The notes: generated from the letters alone by a model not told the origin. Positions 1 to 10,648 are shown, counted from the first letter of the stretch. The stretch: DNA of 61,675 nucleotides from Candidatus Moraniibacteriota bacterium (GCA_013336225.1 JAAXUC010000006.1:1-61675); one strand, 5' to 3'. Numbers and translations are program-made.

Positions 1-1605
1 CTTTTGGGGCCAAGGGCTGGGGCAACGCAAGTTGACAGTGGATTTTTGAGATTGGGGCCGGCCTATTATTATTTCCAATATATCTCAGGAAAAATTTTCA
101 ATTCCACTGAGCCGCAAGTTTTTGCCTATCCTGATTTGTTTTTTTCAATGGGAGCGATTGTTTTGCTATATTTTTTCTCGCGCCTATATTTTTCCAGAAA
201 GGTTTCACTGGCAATCACGACTTTATATGCATTCTCTTTTATCATCATCGAATATTCGCGCTTTGCTTGGAATCCGAATTCTTTGCAATTTTTCTTGTTG
301 CTGACATTTTTCGCACTTTTGAAATTTTTGAATGAAGAAAAAATGAAAGCAAAGCTTGGCTGGGTTGCACTTTGGGCTTTGGCTTTGGCAATCGGTTCGC
401 AACTCCATTTTTTTGGATTCTTTGTGCTGCTAGGTGTTTCAGGGCTTTTCATTGTGCTGCGCTCCAAATTTTGGAAAAAAGAAAAGCTGCAGGAGTTTGT
501 CACCACTGATTTTTGGAAAAAGATGGCAATGTATGGTGTCACATTTGCGGCCGTGTTCACATTTTTCTATACGCCAGTGATCATCAGTGATGTCATGCGA
601 AAAGGCGAGAACGCAAGCAACTTTGTGCAGGCACTTAGCTCTAAGCCCAGCAGCAAGCCATTTATCGAAAAGATTTCCAAAAATTTCTCAGAAAACACGA
701 AATATTATTGTTTGATCTCGACTTCTTTTTGTAATGTGGGAGGATTGGATGACAATGCGCTGCCTGCGATTTTCACTGTAATCTTGCTCATCTCGGGTCT
801 GGTTTTGGCAGTGAGGGCAATGCGGAAAGAACAATCAGCAATAAAAAGAGATTTTTTGATGGTCGTTTTCATTTGGATGGGCGTGTTTTTCATTTTGACC
901 ACGCCGGTTGCCTTTGATTTGCGCCCAAGGTTCTTTATTTTGGTTTTTGCAATCCCATTTATTTTGACTGGAATCATTTTCAATTTTTTGCTGGAAAAAT
1001 TTCCTAAAAAAGCGATATATTTCATTTCAGCAATCTTTGCGATTATTCTGGGATTGAACATTTTTGGAACCTCGGCTTGGTTTGCAGAGCAGAAAAATTC
1101 ACAAATTGATGATGTGGAAATCGATCGCACTTTGATTTTGAAAACCAAGGATGGTGTGACGCTTGGTCAATTGCAAAGAGCTGTTGATTTCATGTATGCA
1201 AAAAGAAAAAATAAAGATGCCACCATTTACTTCTATGTGAAGCCTGAGCATGTTCAGCCAATCCGATATATTTTGGAACAGAAAAAGGATCCAACCTTGA
1301 AGTTTGCCACCTTAAATGAGCAGGCTAACGATGACCCAGCTGCTCAATTTTTTGCAATCATTCCATCTCAAACGGATCTTGCATCACTGGAAAAGAAATA
1401 TTCCAACAATATTGAAAGTTTGTCAGCTGAAAAGGTTGGTCAGATAACGGTGTATGAAATAAATTTTCTCAGTAGGCAGACCTCCAATGATTTCAGATTG
1501 AACAAAGAATTCAAAAAAACTGATCGAGTTTTCTGGAAGGACGTTTTTGGATTAAAAGCCAATACTGTCGAAGAGGCAACTGACGAGATAGATATGAATG
1601 AATAA
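1..1605 (+). CDS. GT-C fold membrane glycosyltransferase (ArnT/PMT-like), 5' end truncated by window edge
   Basis: The frame is open from base 1. The protein is polytopic and hydrophobic. It starts inside the LGP.AG...RLGP.YY.F.Y block and carries YSRFAWNPNS, both shared with the paralogs at 1598, 3412 and 6695. About 55 N-terminal residues are missing relative to those paralogs. Confidence 0.75.
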   Translation, partial: LLGPRAGATQVDSGFLRLGPAYYYFQYISGKIFNSTEPQVFAYPDLFFSMGAIVLLYFFSRLYFSRKVSLAITTLYAFSFIIIEYSRFAWNPNSLQFFLLLTFFALLKFLNEEKMKAKLGWVALWALALAIGSQLHFFGFFVLLGVSGLFIVLRSKFWKKEKLQEFVTTDFWKKMAMYGVTFAAVFTFFYTPVIISDVMRKGENASNFVQALSSKPSSKPFIEKISKNFSENTKYYCLISTSFCNVGGLDDNALPAIFTVILLISGLVLAVRAMRKEQSAIKRDFLMVVFIWMGVFFILTTPVAFDLRPRFFILVFAIPFILTGIIFNFLLEKFPKKAIYFISAIFAIILGLNIFGTSAWFAEQKNSQIDDVEIDRTLILKTKDGVTLGQLQRAVDFMYAKRKNKDATIYFYVKPEHVQPIRYILEQKKDPTLKFATLNEQANDDPAAQFFAIIPSQTDLASLEKKYSNNIESLSAEKVGQITVYEINFLSRQTSNDFRLNKEFKKTDRVFWKDVFGLKANTVEEATDEIDMNE

Positions 1606-3415
1606 ATTTAGCATTAAAAGTATGAAAAACAAGTCAGTTATTTTTTTCTTTGTAGTTATTCTTGCGGTTGGTATCTTTTTGCGAACCTATCATTTTGAAA
1701 ATTGGCTGTTTTTCCAGGGCGATCAGGCGCGGGATGCTTATTTGGTGAGTAAGGCGGTTGAAAATGGCCCGGGCTGGCTTCCACTGCTTGGACCGAAAGC
1801 TGGCGGAACATATCTAAGGCTTGGACCTGTTTTTTATTATTTCGAATATGTCGCTGCTGCTATTTTTGGAACTGGCAGTCCGGCTGTCTATGCCTTGCCA
1901 GATTTACTTTTCTCGATTCTAACTTTGGGATTGCTTTATTTTTTTCTGAAAGAACTTTTTCCAAAAAGTTGGTCATTGGCTTTGGTGGCCGGTTATGCGG
2001 TGTGCTATTTTGCCATTCAATATTCGCGTTTTGCTTGGAATCCAAATTCTTTGCCTTTTTTCAATTTGCTTTTTTTCTTTGCCTTGTTTAAATTCTTTAT
2101 TGCCGAAAAAAGAAAAAGTAAAATTTGGTGGTCAATTGTCATTGGAATTGCCTATGCTGTTGCCAGTCAATTGCATTTTGTGTCGTTTTTGATTTTCCCA
2201 TTCATCATCTTGGCAGTTTTTGTTGCCAGAAAATTTTATTTCAAACAACTCATTGGCAGCCATTTGAAATATTTGGGAATCACCTTGTTGGTGCTAATGC
2301 TTTTTTATGTGCCAGTCATTCTTAGTGACATTGCAACTCAAGGCAACAACGCGCTCAATTTCTTGAGCTCAATAGGCAAGAAAAGTTCTGACTCGTCTTT
2401 ACTCACGCTTTTGCAACAAAATTATTTCAATTTTTCCAAATATTTTCTGACCATTTTGGGTGGTCTGATCAATGTTCCAAAGAAAATCATCAATTGGTCG
2501 GGAATCATCATGATCACTGGTGTGATTTCGGGAATCATCTTTTTCATCAAAGAGAGGGATGTCAAAAAAAGATTCTTGATATTTCTGGTGTTTATTTGGT
2601 TTGCTGCCTATTTCTTGATGTATGTCAGCTTGGCTGCGCAGCTTCAGCCAAGGCATTTCTTGGTGATTTTGCCGATTCCATTTATTCTGCTGGGATTCAT
2701 GGCAATAGCCTTTGAAAAATCTTTTGATTTCAAATATCGCATTATCGTGCCAATTGTGCTTCTCTTGATTCCAATTTTTGCCAATGCTTATAGTGTGAAA
2801 ACTTGGTTTGCGGAAATGGGAGATTCGCAAAGGCGAGTCACAACTCCAAGAAAATCAGCCATTTTGAAATCAGTACAGGGCGAATCATGGTGGCATCTGA
2901 AGAAAGTTGCTCAATTCATCAGCAATGATTGTGAAAAAGAAGAAATTACAATCATTCCACCGAAAGAAGTGTATAGAAGTCTTTTTGCATATACCTTGGA
3001 GAATATTGGCGAAAAGCGACCATACAGGATAAAATGGGGAACAATCGATGTTTCAGACAAAGAATGTTACTATTTCGTGTATTTTACTAAAAATAATTAT
3101 TTCGACAGATATTACACCGCGCAGATTGAAAAAATCAAGCAAGGCACCTTTGGAGATGTGACGGTGGTGCGTTTTGGAATAAACGAAGAAAAGCAAGCTT
3201 CCAAAAAAGTAATCAACAATCCTTTCAAAAAAAAGAAGTCAGCCAAGGAGGCCATAGCTCAAGAGGAAAGAGACAGTGTTGATGCGGAAAATGAAGACGA
3301 AAGTCAATTGAATGAATCAGCTGGTATTGTTGCTCAAGCTATCAAGAACATCGGAAGTGCTGGCAGAGAAGAGCGGGTTTTTTGGAAGGATTTATTTAAT
3401 CAAGAAAACAAATGA
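1598..3415 (+). CDS. GT-C fold membrane glycosyltransferase (ArnT/PMT-like) paralog
   Basis: 605 aa with about 10 or more TM segments. Motifs present: RTYHF..W..F.GDQARD, LLGPKAGGT.LRLGP and YSRFAWNPNS. The start overlaps the upstream stop (ATGAATGAATAA), suggesting translational coupling. The C-terminal soluble domain has a K/E-rich tail. Confidence 0.8.
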   Translation: MNKFSIKSMKNKSVIFFFVVILAVGIFLRTYHFENWLFFQGDQARDAYLVSKAVENGPGWLPLLGPKAGGTYLRLGPVFYYFEYVAAAIFGTGSPAVYALPDLLFSILTLGLLYFFLKELFPKSWSLALVAGYAVCYFAIQYSRFAWNPNSLPFFNLLFFFALFKFFIAEKRKSKIWWSIVIGIAYAVASQLHFVSFLIFPFIILAVFVARKFYFKQLIGSHLKYLGITLLVLMLFYVPVILSDIATQGNNALNFLSSIGKKSSDSSLLTLLQQNYFNFSKYFLTILGGLINVPKKIINWSGIIMITGVISGIIFFIKERDVKKRFLIFLVFIWFAAYFLMYVSLAAQLQPRHFLVILPIPFILLGFMAIAFEKSFDFKYRIIVPIVLLLIPIFANAYSVKTWFAEMGDSQRRVTTPRKSAILKSVQGESWWHLKKVAQFISNDCEKEEITIIPPKEVYRSLFAYTLENIGEKRPYRIKWGTIDVSDKECYYFVYFTKNNYFDRYYTAQIEKIKQGTFGDVTVVRFGINEEKQASKKVINNPFKKKKSAKEAIAQEERDSVDAENEDESQLNESAGIVAQAIKNIGSAGREERVFWKDLFNQENK

Positions 3416-5019
3416 ACAAAAAAAATACATTCATCTTGCTGATAGTCTTTGTGTTGATCGGCCTGTTTCTGCGAAGCTATAATTTTTCGCAGTGGCTGAG
3501 ATTTAATGCTGATCAATCACGAGATGCCAGGATTGCAATCAATGCTGCCGAAGGCAAGACATCATGGCCATTGCTTGGTCCCATGGCAGGTGGAACTGAT
3601 TTCAAGCTCGGTGGAATTTTTTATCACTTTCAAATTGTGGCCGTGAAAATTTTTGGAAATCAACCCTATGTGGCAGCCTTTCCTGACTTGCTTTTCGCTG
3701 TACTTTCCATTCCTTTGTTTTTTTTGCTGGCAAGAATATTTTTCAACGTCAATGTTTCATTGGGAATAACCTGGCTGTATGTCATTTCATATTTCATGGT
3801 GAAATATGGTCGTTTTGCTTGGAATCCAAACTCCACGCCTTTTTTTGTGATGCTTTATCTCTATTCTTTTTATGGCATGATGAATGAGGGAAAAAACAAG
3901 CAAGTTTGGTGGGCAATTTTGTGTGGGGTGGCACTTGGAATCAATGTTCAACTGCACACATCGCTGCTGATAATCCTGCCTGTTATAAGTGTGTTAGTGT
4001 TGGCGCTTCTTTATGATAGGAAATATGTCAAAATAGGAACAATCGCGATTGTTTTGGCGGCAGCTGCTATCGTGAATATTCCTCAGATCAAGAGTGAAAT
4101 TGAAACCAGAGGTGCAAACACAACAAAATTCTTTCTCGGAGCGACTGAGAAAAATGTGCGAAATGCAAGTTTGGGCGAAAATGCATTGCTCAATCTTTCC
4201 TGTCATCTAAAATCCAACGCTCACATTCTCACCGCAAAAGGAGATGAAGACGTGTGCGACTATAATGCTGATGCTAAGATTGTCAGCAAACTGGATGGCA
4301 AGCGCATGACTTTCGCTCAAAAGTTTTCTTTCGTTTTTGCTTGGATTTTGCTCGCAGTTTTTTCTTTGGGCGGGTATTTTCTTTTGGGACGCCTGGCATT
4401 GAGAGAACAAGATAAAAAGAAGAAACTCATGCTGATTGTCTTGTCTCTGTATGTTGGAATTTCCTTTCTGCTCTTTTGCACCTGGGCGACTGAACTTTCC
4501 GTGCGTTTCTTTTTGGGACTCAGTTTCGTGCCATTTTTGTTGTTGGGTCTTTGGCTCACTTTCTTGGCTGAAAAATTCAAAAGAGAGAAAGTTTTCATTG
4601 TCATTGCAATTCTGATGCTTTCTTTTTTCAATTGGCAAAAGATTTATGGCACTTTTGAAGATCTTGAAAATGGCGGAAAGGAAATCAACGGAAATTTTGA
4701 TTATGCAACTTTGGGAGAAGAGAATTTCATCATGAAATTTATGCTGGAAAATTCCGAGGGCGAGAAAACTTTATATTTGGATGCACAAGCAGGCTATCTT
4801 TTCAAGATGCTCAGACCCTTGCAATTCCTGGGAGAAAAGCATGGGCTTACTTTGGTGCAAATGGAGAAGGAGGTGTCATTGAAGAAAGGCGCCAGAATTT
4901 TTTATCTCAAGAGTGCTGACACTGGATGTAAATTGGCGGAAAAAATTCTGGATAAATATGAAGTGGAAAAATGTTCCGAGCGCGGACAGTTCTCAGTCTT
5001 TTCCTTGAAGTTGAAATAA
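3412..5019 (+). CDS. GT-C fold membrane glycosyltransferase (ArnT/PMT-like) paralog
   Basis: 535 aa with the same motif set (LRSYNF, DQSRDA, LLGPMAGGT, YGRFAWNPNS). An ATGA start/stop overlap links it to the previous gene. Confidence 0.8.
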   Translation: MNKKNTFILLIVFVLIGLFLRSYNFSQWLRFNADQSRDARIAINAAEGKTSWPLLGPMAGGTDFKLGGIFYHFQIVAVKIFGNQPYVAAFPDLLFAVLSIPLFFLLARIFFNVNVSLGITWLYVISYFMVKYGRFAWNPNSTPFFVMLYLYSFYGMMNEGKNKQVWWAILCGVALGINVQLHTSLLIILPVISVLVLALLYDRKYVKIGTIAIVLAAAAIVNIPQIKSEIETRGANTTKFFLGATEKNVRNASLGENALLNLSCHLKSNAHILTAKGDEDVCDYNADAKIVSKLDGKRMTFAQKFSFVFAWILLAVFSLGGYFLLGRLALREQDKKKKLMLIVLSLYVGISFLLFCTWATELSVRFFLGLSFVPFLLLGLWLTFLAEKFKREKVFIVIAILMLSFFNWQKIYGTFEDLENGGKEINGNFDYATLGEENFIMKFMLENSEGEKTLYLDAQAGYLFKMLRPLQFLGEKHGLTLVQMEKEVSLKKGARIFYLKSADTGCKLAEKILDKYEVEKCSERGQFSVFSLKLK

Positions 5020-5070
5020 AAAAGTGTAACCACTCAAATTGTCTTAGTATAAATGCAACTGATATATATC

Positions 5071-5099
5071 AAAAAAGACTTCGCGAAGAAGTCTTTTTT
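5071..5099. terminator. Bidirectional rho-independent terminator between convergent genes
   Basis: Sequence AAAAAAGACTTCGCGAAGAAGTCTTTTTT is a perfect 8-bp stem with an A-run on one side and a T-run on the other. It lies between the + gene ending at 5019 and the - gene ending at 5131. Confidence 0.8.
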
Positions 5100-5130
5100 G
5101 GTGACCGATTGTTGATTGCATGATGAATTG

Positions 5131-6663
5131 CTAGGCAGTCGGTTCGTTGCCTGAAAGTTCTTCTTGAATCTCAACTTTCTTTTGCTTTTTGGCGCCAATT
5201 TGTTTGAGGTAAATAAGGTCAGCTTTGGTGATTTCACCTAGAGCATAGAGGACCAGTAAATATCCTGCAAAAAGCAGCACTGACCAGACAAGGAAAATGA
5301 ATTCTCCTTGAGAACAAAAACCAGCAGCAAAATACATGAGCAGGCCGGCAAAAAACATTTTGCTAAGGTTTTTAAGATGAAGCAAAATACCAAAATCACG
5401 CTGGATGTAATAGAGAATCATGAGCATGGTGACAAAGGAGGTGATGGTGGTTGCAATGGCTGAGCCTGCAAGTCCAGATTGTTTAATGAGAATGTAGTTC
5501 AGAATTGAATTTACAATCACGCCAAAAATGGAAATCCACATGGGAATCTTGGTTTTGCCAGCGCCGTTGAGCACGAAGCTCATGACATAGAAAATGGTGA
5601 GAAAGCCGACGCCATAGGCTAAAATAGACATGGGAAAAGCTGCTTCAATATATTTTGAACTGTAGAAAAGCTTGATGATGGGCCTGGAAAATTGCGACAT
5701 CAAAATCACGGATGGAATCAACAGGATCGTCATCAAGCGCAATGATTGACTGATGACTGAATTGGTTTCAGTGTGATTATTTTCAGAAGTGGTTTTGGAA
5801 ATCACTGGCAAAAGCATGATGGTGAGCGCATAGAAAATGTAATAGGGAATGCGTCCCACGGTCAGCGCCGCGTTGTAGATTCCAGTCAGGCGATCGTCGT
5901 GCAGGATGCCTTTGACCAGATAGAGGTCAATGCTGATCAAAAGTTCATAAGCCAGAAAGAAAAGGATGACTTGCCAGGCATAATTGGTCAATTTTTTGGT
6001 CTCAAAATTGCTCTGAAGGCTTAAATTTTGCGTTTTGGCAGCTTTTTTGAGCTCCTTCGTGTACTTGAGCTGATCAAGCGCAAAAGCGATCAGAAAGACG
6101 CTGAATGCGGCTACGGCATATCCCACAATCGATCCTGGCACTCCAAAAGCGTATGCAAGCCCCACGATGGCCACAACCTTCAAGACAGAGCGCAAAGTTT
6201 TGAGAATTGATTGCACATTGAACTTGTGCAGGGCTGTGTAGAAGGAAAAATAGAAAGAAGCGGCTGCAAAAGCCGGAATGATGAAGGTGGAAATCCTGAA
6301 TAGTGGGGTGAGTGTTTCATCTCCCAAAGCGCGGCTCAGGAAAGGGGCGGAAAAAAAGAAAACAAGCGTGATTGCGCCAATAAGCATTGACTGCAGAATC
6401 AGAGCCTTTCTTTTGATGACAAGCACCAGGCGCGGATTGGTTTCGAAAACCTCGCTGATATATTTGGCCATGGCGGTTGGAATGCCGTTTCCAATCAGGA
6501 TGATAATCATGGTCGTCATGGTGACCACCAAGCCATAGCGTCCATAGTCAGCAGGACCGAGAATGCGTCCCACAAAAGAATGGATGACATAACCTGAGAG
6601 GTTGAAGATTATTTCTGAAACAATGAGCCACATTGTCGATTTGGCGAGGTTTTGTTTTGTCAT
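5131..6663 (-). CDS. Wzx-like oligo/polysaccharide flippase (MOP superfamily)
   Basis: 510 aa with about 12-14 TM helices. The N-terminus (L.KST.W...SEI...L.GY..) and overall architecture are typical of polysaccharide biosynthesis (Wzx) proteins. The gene sits in a glycan cluster. Confidence 0.7.
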   Translation of the reverse strand: MTKQNLAKSTMWLIVSEIIFNLSGYVIHSFVGRILGPADYGRYGLVVTMTTMIIILIGNGIPTAMAKYISEVFETNPRLVLVIKRKALILQSMLIGAITLVFFFSAPFLSRALGDETLTPLFRISTFIIPAFAAASFYFSFYTALHKFNVQSILKTLRSVLKVVAIVGLAYAFGVPGSIVGYAVAAFSVFLIAFALDQLKYTKELKKAAKTQNLSLQSNFETKKLTNYAWQVILFFLAYELLISIDLYLVKGILHDDRLTGIYNAALTVGRIPYYIFYALTIMLLPVISKTTSENNHTETNSVISQSLRLMTILLIPSVILMSQFSRPIIKLFYSSKYIEAAFPMSILAYGVGFLTIFYVMSFVLNGAGKTKIPMWISIFGVIVNSILNYILIKQSGLAGSAIATTITSFVTMLMILYYIQRDFGILLHLKNLSKMFFAGLLMYFAAGFCSQGEFIFLVWSVLLFAGYLLVLYALGEITKADLIYLKQIGAKKQKKVEIQEELSGNEPTA

Positions 6664-6694
6664 GATTTTGAAGCTAAAATAAAAAATTGAATTA

Positions 6695-8326
6695 TTATTG
6701 TTGTTGGATAGATCGGTAAATCAACATTCTGCCACATGTATCGTATCGTATTGGTGTGTTTGATTCTTTCAATATTTGTTTTCGCTTATTTGAGCTGCGA
6801 AGATAAAAGGCATCTTCTTTTGTTTCCTTGCTTTCGTCAAAAACAATGAGTTTCAGATTCGATCTTGAGACAAAAAAATTGATTGAGTTGATGGACTTTC
6901 TGAGATATTGTTTGTTGCCTGAAATGTAGAGTTCTTTTTCTGCGCTTGAATTTTCGATGATGAAATTTGAAACGCATTCTATTTCTTTCAGCATCACATT
7001 GCTGAGGACATTTTTGCTTTCGCGCCCTTCTTCAAAATCAGCAAAATCGGCAAAAGAATTTTTGATAAAAAAGAGGTTGCTTGCAACAAGTAATATTATT
7101 GGAATCAATGACAGATGAGCAATGTTTTTAGGAATTTTTTCCATTAGAAATTTTGTCCAAAAGCCTAGCAGAATCAGAGGGAAAAAGATGAACATCAGAA
7201 AAAAGCGCATATCGATGGAATAGGCCAATGGCAAATAGGTCAAATAGGCGATGCCGATATATAAAAATATGATTGCCAAGAAATATTTTTTGTCCAAATC
7301 TTGTTCTTGCTTCAAATATCTGATGCCGAGATATGTTCCTCCAAACAAGAAAATAACGCCAAGAGCAAAGATAGTAATGTCAAAAAAATCAGTCTCACTG
7401 TTGATTTGGCATGAATTGAACAATTCATAGCCTGAAAGAATGACCACGTTGCTTCCAGCCCAGCAGCTGGTGTTCCTTAATGTTTTGTCAATGAATGTCT
7501 TGGTTGGATCTTGCTTCATTTGCACGCCTGTAAAAAATCTTTGGATGTTTTGGCCATTGGTCTTATATTCATTTATGAATTGGGGGATATTCAAAAATAA
7601 TGATATGACTAAAATTATGAAAAAATATTTCAATAAATTTATTTTCTGATAAAGCAAAAAACCAAAAATAAGGATAGTTATGATGGGGAAGAATAATAGC
7701 AGTGTCGTGTGCAATTGCACACCGACCCCGATTGCTATGCCGGTGATTGTGGCCCAAAATATTTTATGAGGATTTTTTTGTGAAATTATATTATGAATTC
7801 CATATAGACCCAGAATCGTCCAGAAAGGGGTGGAATTCGGATTCCAAGCAAAGCGTGAATACAGCACAGCATAAAATGAAAGAGAAAATAGTCCTGTGAG
7901 GGCAATGGAAAGGCTGCCAGTGAAATATTTTTGCAGGAAAAAAAATAATAGTGGTATGCACAAAATGGATGAAATCAAATCAGGATAGGCCATTTTATCT
8001 GGAAAATTGCCAAAGAGCTTGGCAGATATGATCTGAAAATAATATGGCATCGGTCCGAGCTTGAATTCTGTGCCACCTGCTTTTGGTCCAATCAGGGGAA
8101 TTGGAGTGCTTCCATCAACGACGTTGCTGATCAAAACTGCATCGCGACCTTGATCCATGTTGAATCTGAGCCAATCATGAAAATGATAGGTGCGCAAAAA
8201 AATTCCAACTGCTATGATGATTCCCAGAATCAGCCATAAAATTTTCTTGGAACCAAGAAAAGACTTGATTTTTTCAACCGTAGCTTTCATCTGTACATAG
8301 TTTTCTTGGCTGAATTTGAAATTCAT
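6695..8326 (-). CDS. GT-C fold membrane glycosyltransferase (ArnT/PMT-like) paralog
   Basis: 543 aa with motifs LRTYHFHDWLRFNMDQGRDA, LIGPKAGGTEFKLGP and YSRFAWNPNS. The start overlaps the stop of the upstream gene (ATGA on the minus strand at 8323-8326). Confidence 0.8.
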   Translation of the reverse strand: MNFKFSQENYVQMKATVEKIKSFLGSKKILWLILGIIIAVGIFLRTYHFHDWLRFNMDQGRDAVLISNVVDGSTPIPLIGPKAGGTEFKLGPMPYYFQIISAKLFGNFPDKMAYPDLISSILCIPLLFFFLQKYFTGSLSIALTGLFSLSFYAVLYSRFAWNPNSTPFWTILGLYGIHNIISQKNPHKIFWATITGIAIGVGVQLHTTLLLFFPIITILIFGFLLYQKINLLKYFFIILVISLFLNIPQFINEYKTNGQNIQRFFTGVQMKQDPTKTFIDKTLRNTSCWAGSNVVILSGYELFNSCQINSETDFFDITIFALGVIFLFGGTYLGIRYLKQEQDLDKKYFLAIIFLYIGIAYLTYLPLAYSIDMRFFLMFIFFPLILLGFWTKFLMEKIPKNIAHLSLIPIILLVASNLFFIKNSFADFADFEEGRESKNVLSNVMLKEIECVSNFIIENSSAEKELYISGNKQYLRKSINSINFFVSRSNLKLIVFDESKETKEDAFYLRSSNKRKQILKESNTPIRYDTCGRMLIYRSIQQQ

Positions 8327-8967
8327 TGATTTTTTTGCTGACTATTTGTGATTATACTTCTTATTTCTTCGTGCAAAGTCTGCTTGTCTTTGCTGCCATC
8401 AATGATGTTGAAATCCCAAAGGATCGCATACATGTCATAGAGTTTCTTTTTGGCTTTCAAATAATCCAGTCCTTGATCAGGCACACGCTCGCGAGTCATG
8501 ATTGATTCTGGCTGAAGTTTGATGTAGAAAGCAAAGTCTGAAGCTGGCAGAAATTTTTCAGCGCGCGAAGGAGTGTTTCGCTTGGAAAGATAGGAAATGT
8601 TGACGATGCTGTCATAGAAAAAACGATCAGTGATGAGAAAATCACATTTTTCGCGCGCCAATTTCTTTTTGAAAGCTTTGAAACGAAAAACGTCAATGAG
8701 TAGCAAAATTTTGCGCAATTGAATTTGCAGCCAGTTTGCTTTGGTGACACTTTTTTCTGTTGCTGGCTCGGTTTTGTCGCGCGCCTTGGTGAAACGACAG
8801 ATCAGACAATGCTGGTCGCGCAAACTTTTGATTTTTTGAGCCAAGGAAAATTCAATGGCATGAAAATACTGCACTTTCTTTCCTTGCGCCTCCAAAAATT
8901 CTTGCAGCATTTTGGCTTGGGTTGATTTGCCAGAGCCATCGAGACCAGATATAGATATGATTTGCAT
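8323..8967 (-). CDS. tmk: Thymidylate kinase-like P-loop nucleotide kinase
   Basis: The N-terminus ISISGLDGSGKSTQ is the dTMP-kinase-type Walker A. A DRF(Y)-like motif ITDRFFYDS follows. The length (214 aa) fits. Confidence 0.6.
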   Translation of the reverse strand: MQIISISGLDGSGKSTQAKMLQEFLEAQGKKVQYFHAIEFSLAQKIKSLRDQHCLICRFTKARDKTEPATEKSVTKANWLQIQLRKILLLIDVFRFKAFKKKLAREKCDFLITDRFFYDSIVNISYLSKRNTPSRAEKFLPASDFAFYIKLQPESIMTRERVPDQGLDYLKAKKKLYDMYAILWDFNIIDGSKDKQTLHEEIRSIITNSQQKNQ

Positions 8968-9023
8968 AATATAGATATTTAAAAATCAGAGTATATTTTT
9001 TTTGTTTCTTAAGATTTGCAGGG

Positions 9024-9142
9024 TTTAAAATCTCAATGTCAAAATCCAAATGACAAATAAATGACTCAATTTCTAAATGAGAAAATTAAAACATTTGGAT
9101 TTAAGATTTTATTTGTCATTTGGATTTGAGGTTTTGGATTTA
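9024..9142. repeat. Stutter-palindrome intergenic element (AAATCCAAAT / ATTTGGATTT family)
   Basis: The left half AAAATCTCAATGTCAAAATCCAAATGACAAATAAATGACTCAA is matched on the right by CATTTGGATTTAAGATTTTATTTGTCATTTGGATTTGAGGTTTTGGATTT. Related copies lie at 11911, 14345 and 17151. Confidence 0.85.
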
Positions 9143-9148
9143 TGCGCG

Positions 9149-10648
9149 TTAGTACATCAGCACTGCTACTGGTTGCATTTTGGCCACCACGTGAGCCACG
9201 CCGTTGGCTTCAACTCCCTTGATCACTTGATCAATGTTTTTGTAGCGAGCAGAATCTTGATTGATGACAATTGAAGACTGTGCGTTGTAGAGTCTGATGC
9301 CTTTTTCTTCCATCTTGGCGAACAACTCTTCTTTGCTGGCGATACTTTTTTCATTATTGTTCTTGCCTTTGCCAGTTCCGTGCGGAGCGGAAAAGAAACT
9401 TTGATCATTGCGGTCTGTGCCAACGCAAATGTAGGCATCGGTGCTCATGGAAGATGGAATGAAAGCTGGTTCGCCAGTTTCTTTGTAGATTGGATGATGA
9501 GACATTCTGCTTGGACCATAGGCGCGCGAGGTGTTGGAGCGATGAATCATGACTTCCTTGCCAAAATGCTCTTCGCGCGTGATGGAAATGTGGGGAAGAT
9601 CATAGATCAAATCCAGTTGAGGATCGCGTCCAAGAAGCTTTTTGATGGTTTCGGCGATGTTGTGCGTGATGACAGCTCGATTGGCTGTGCCGAAATTGGA
9701 AGCTGCTGCTCGCGCGTTCATATACATTTCTCCGTCTTCTCCGTTGGCATCATATTTGAGCAGCGTGTCATCTTTGGTCATGTGCATCCTTATTTTTTCT
9801 TGCATTTTTTCGTAGACAGCTTTTTTCTTGGAACTGAATGTCAGCTTGCCAAGCGCAACCATGAGTGCTTGTGAAAAATGTTCAGCTTTTTTGGCGGTGT
9901 GCGTATACATGGTGTATTGACCAAGGATTCCGCTGCCAGTGTGAATCATGAAAAGATATTGACCTTTCTTGATGCCCATTTTTTCTGCCATCACTGGATC
10001 TGCAATTTCACCAACTTTCATTAAATCAAGAAAATGATTTCCAGCCGCCCCGATGATTCCCAGGCGATATTTGGCAAAACCCAGATAGAGTTTTGGGATG
10101 ACATCGAAAATGTCTTGACGCGTCATTTCTTTTTCAAAAAAACTTCCTCCACACTGCGTGTTTTCCAATTCGTTCTTGGTCTGAATGTTCAAATGTTTGA
10201 TGATGGCTTTGGTGCCTTGGCGACAGATGTCCACCACCACAGAAAAGGGAACTGTTGTGCCGACGAATTTTTTGGTTGGCACAACTGCAACCAACTCCTG
10301 AAACAATCGGTGGATTTCTGCAGGCGTGATGTTGTCTTCATTTAGGCTGGTTTTAACCAAGCGCATTCCACAATTTGGATCGGAATCATTGACCTGTGGC
10401 AAGATATATTTTTCACTGGCGATGGTTGTGCCAGCCGCATTTTTTCTGCCTGGTTTTGAGCAGACATCTGGCATGGCAACTGTGCTGCGGAAAAAAGTGT
10501 CTTTATTTCCAGCAATGTCTTCAACTTGCGCAAAAGTTTCCTCCTCAGGCAAAAGATCCTGGCTCATGAAGAAAAGCGCTGGAACTGACATTTTGTCAGT
10601 TTTAAATTCTTTGATATCTTCGGATAGTGATTTTGTTTCGTAGGCCAT
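9149..10648 (-). CDS. rtcB: RNA 3'-phosphate/2',3'-cyclic phosphate ligase RtcB
   Basis: RtcB hallmark blocks are present: DPNCGMRL (D-x-N-C-G), GNHFLDL, HTGSGILG, HNIAE and PHGTGK (the position of the nucleotidylated His). Confidence 0.85.
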   Translation of the reverse strand: MAYETKSLSEDIKEFKTDKMSVPALFFMSQDLLPEEETFAQVEDIAGNKDTFFRSTVAMPDVCSKPGRKNAAGTTIASEKYILPQVNDSDPNCGMRLVKTSLNEDNITPAEIHRLFQELVAVVPTKKFVGTTVPFSVVVDICRQGTKAIIKHLNIQTKNELENTQCGGSFFEKEMTRQDIFDVIPKLYLGFAKYRLGIIGAAGNHFLDLMKVGEIADPVMAEKMGIKKGQYLFMIHTGSGILGQYTMYTHTAKKAEHFSQALMVALGKLTFSSKKKAVYEKMQEKIRMHMTKDDTLLKYDANGEDGEMYMNARAAASNFGTANRAVITHNIAETIKKLLGRDPQLDLIYDLPHISITREEHFGKEVMIHRSNTSRAYGPSRMSHHPIYKETGEPAFIPSSMSTDAYICVGTDRNDQSFFSAPHGTGKGKNNNEKSIASKEELFAKMEEKGIRLYNAQSSIVINQDSARYKNIDQVIKGVEANGVAHVVAKMQPVAVLMY

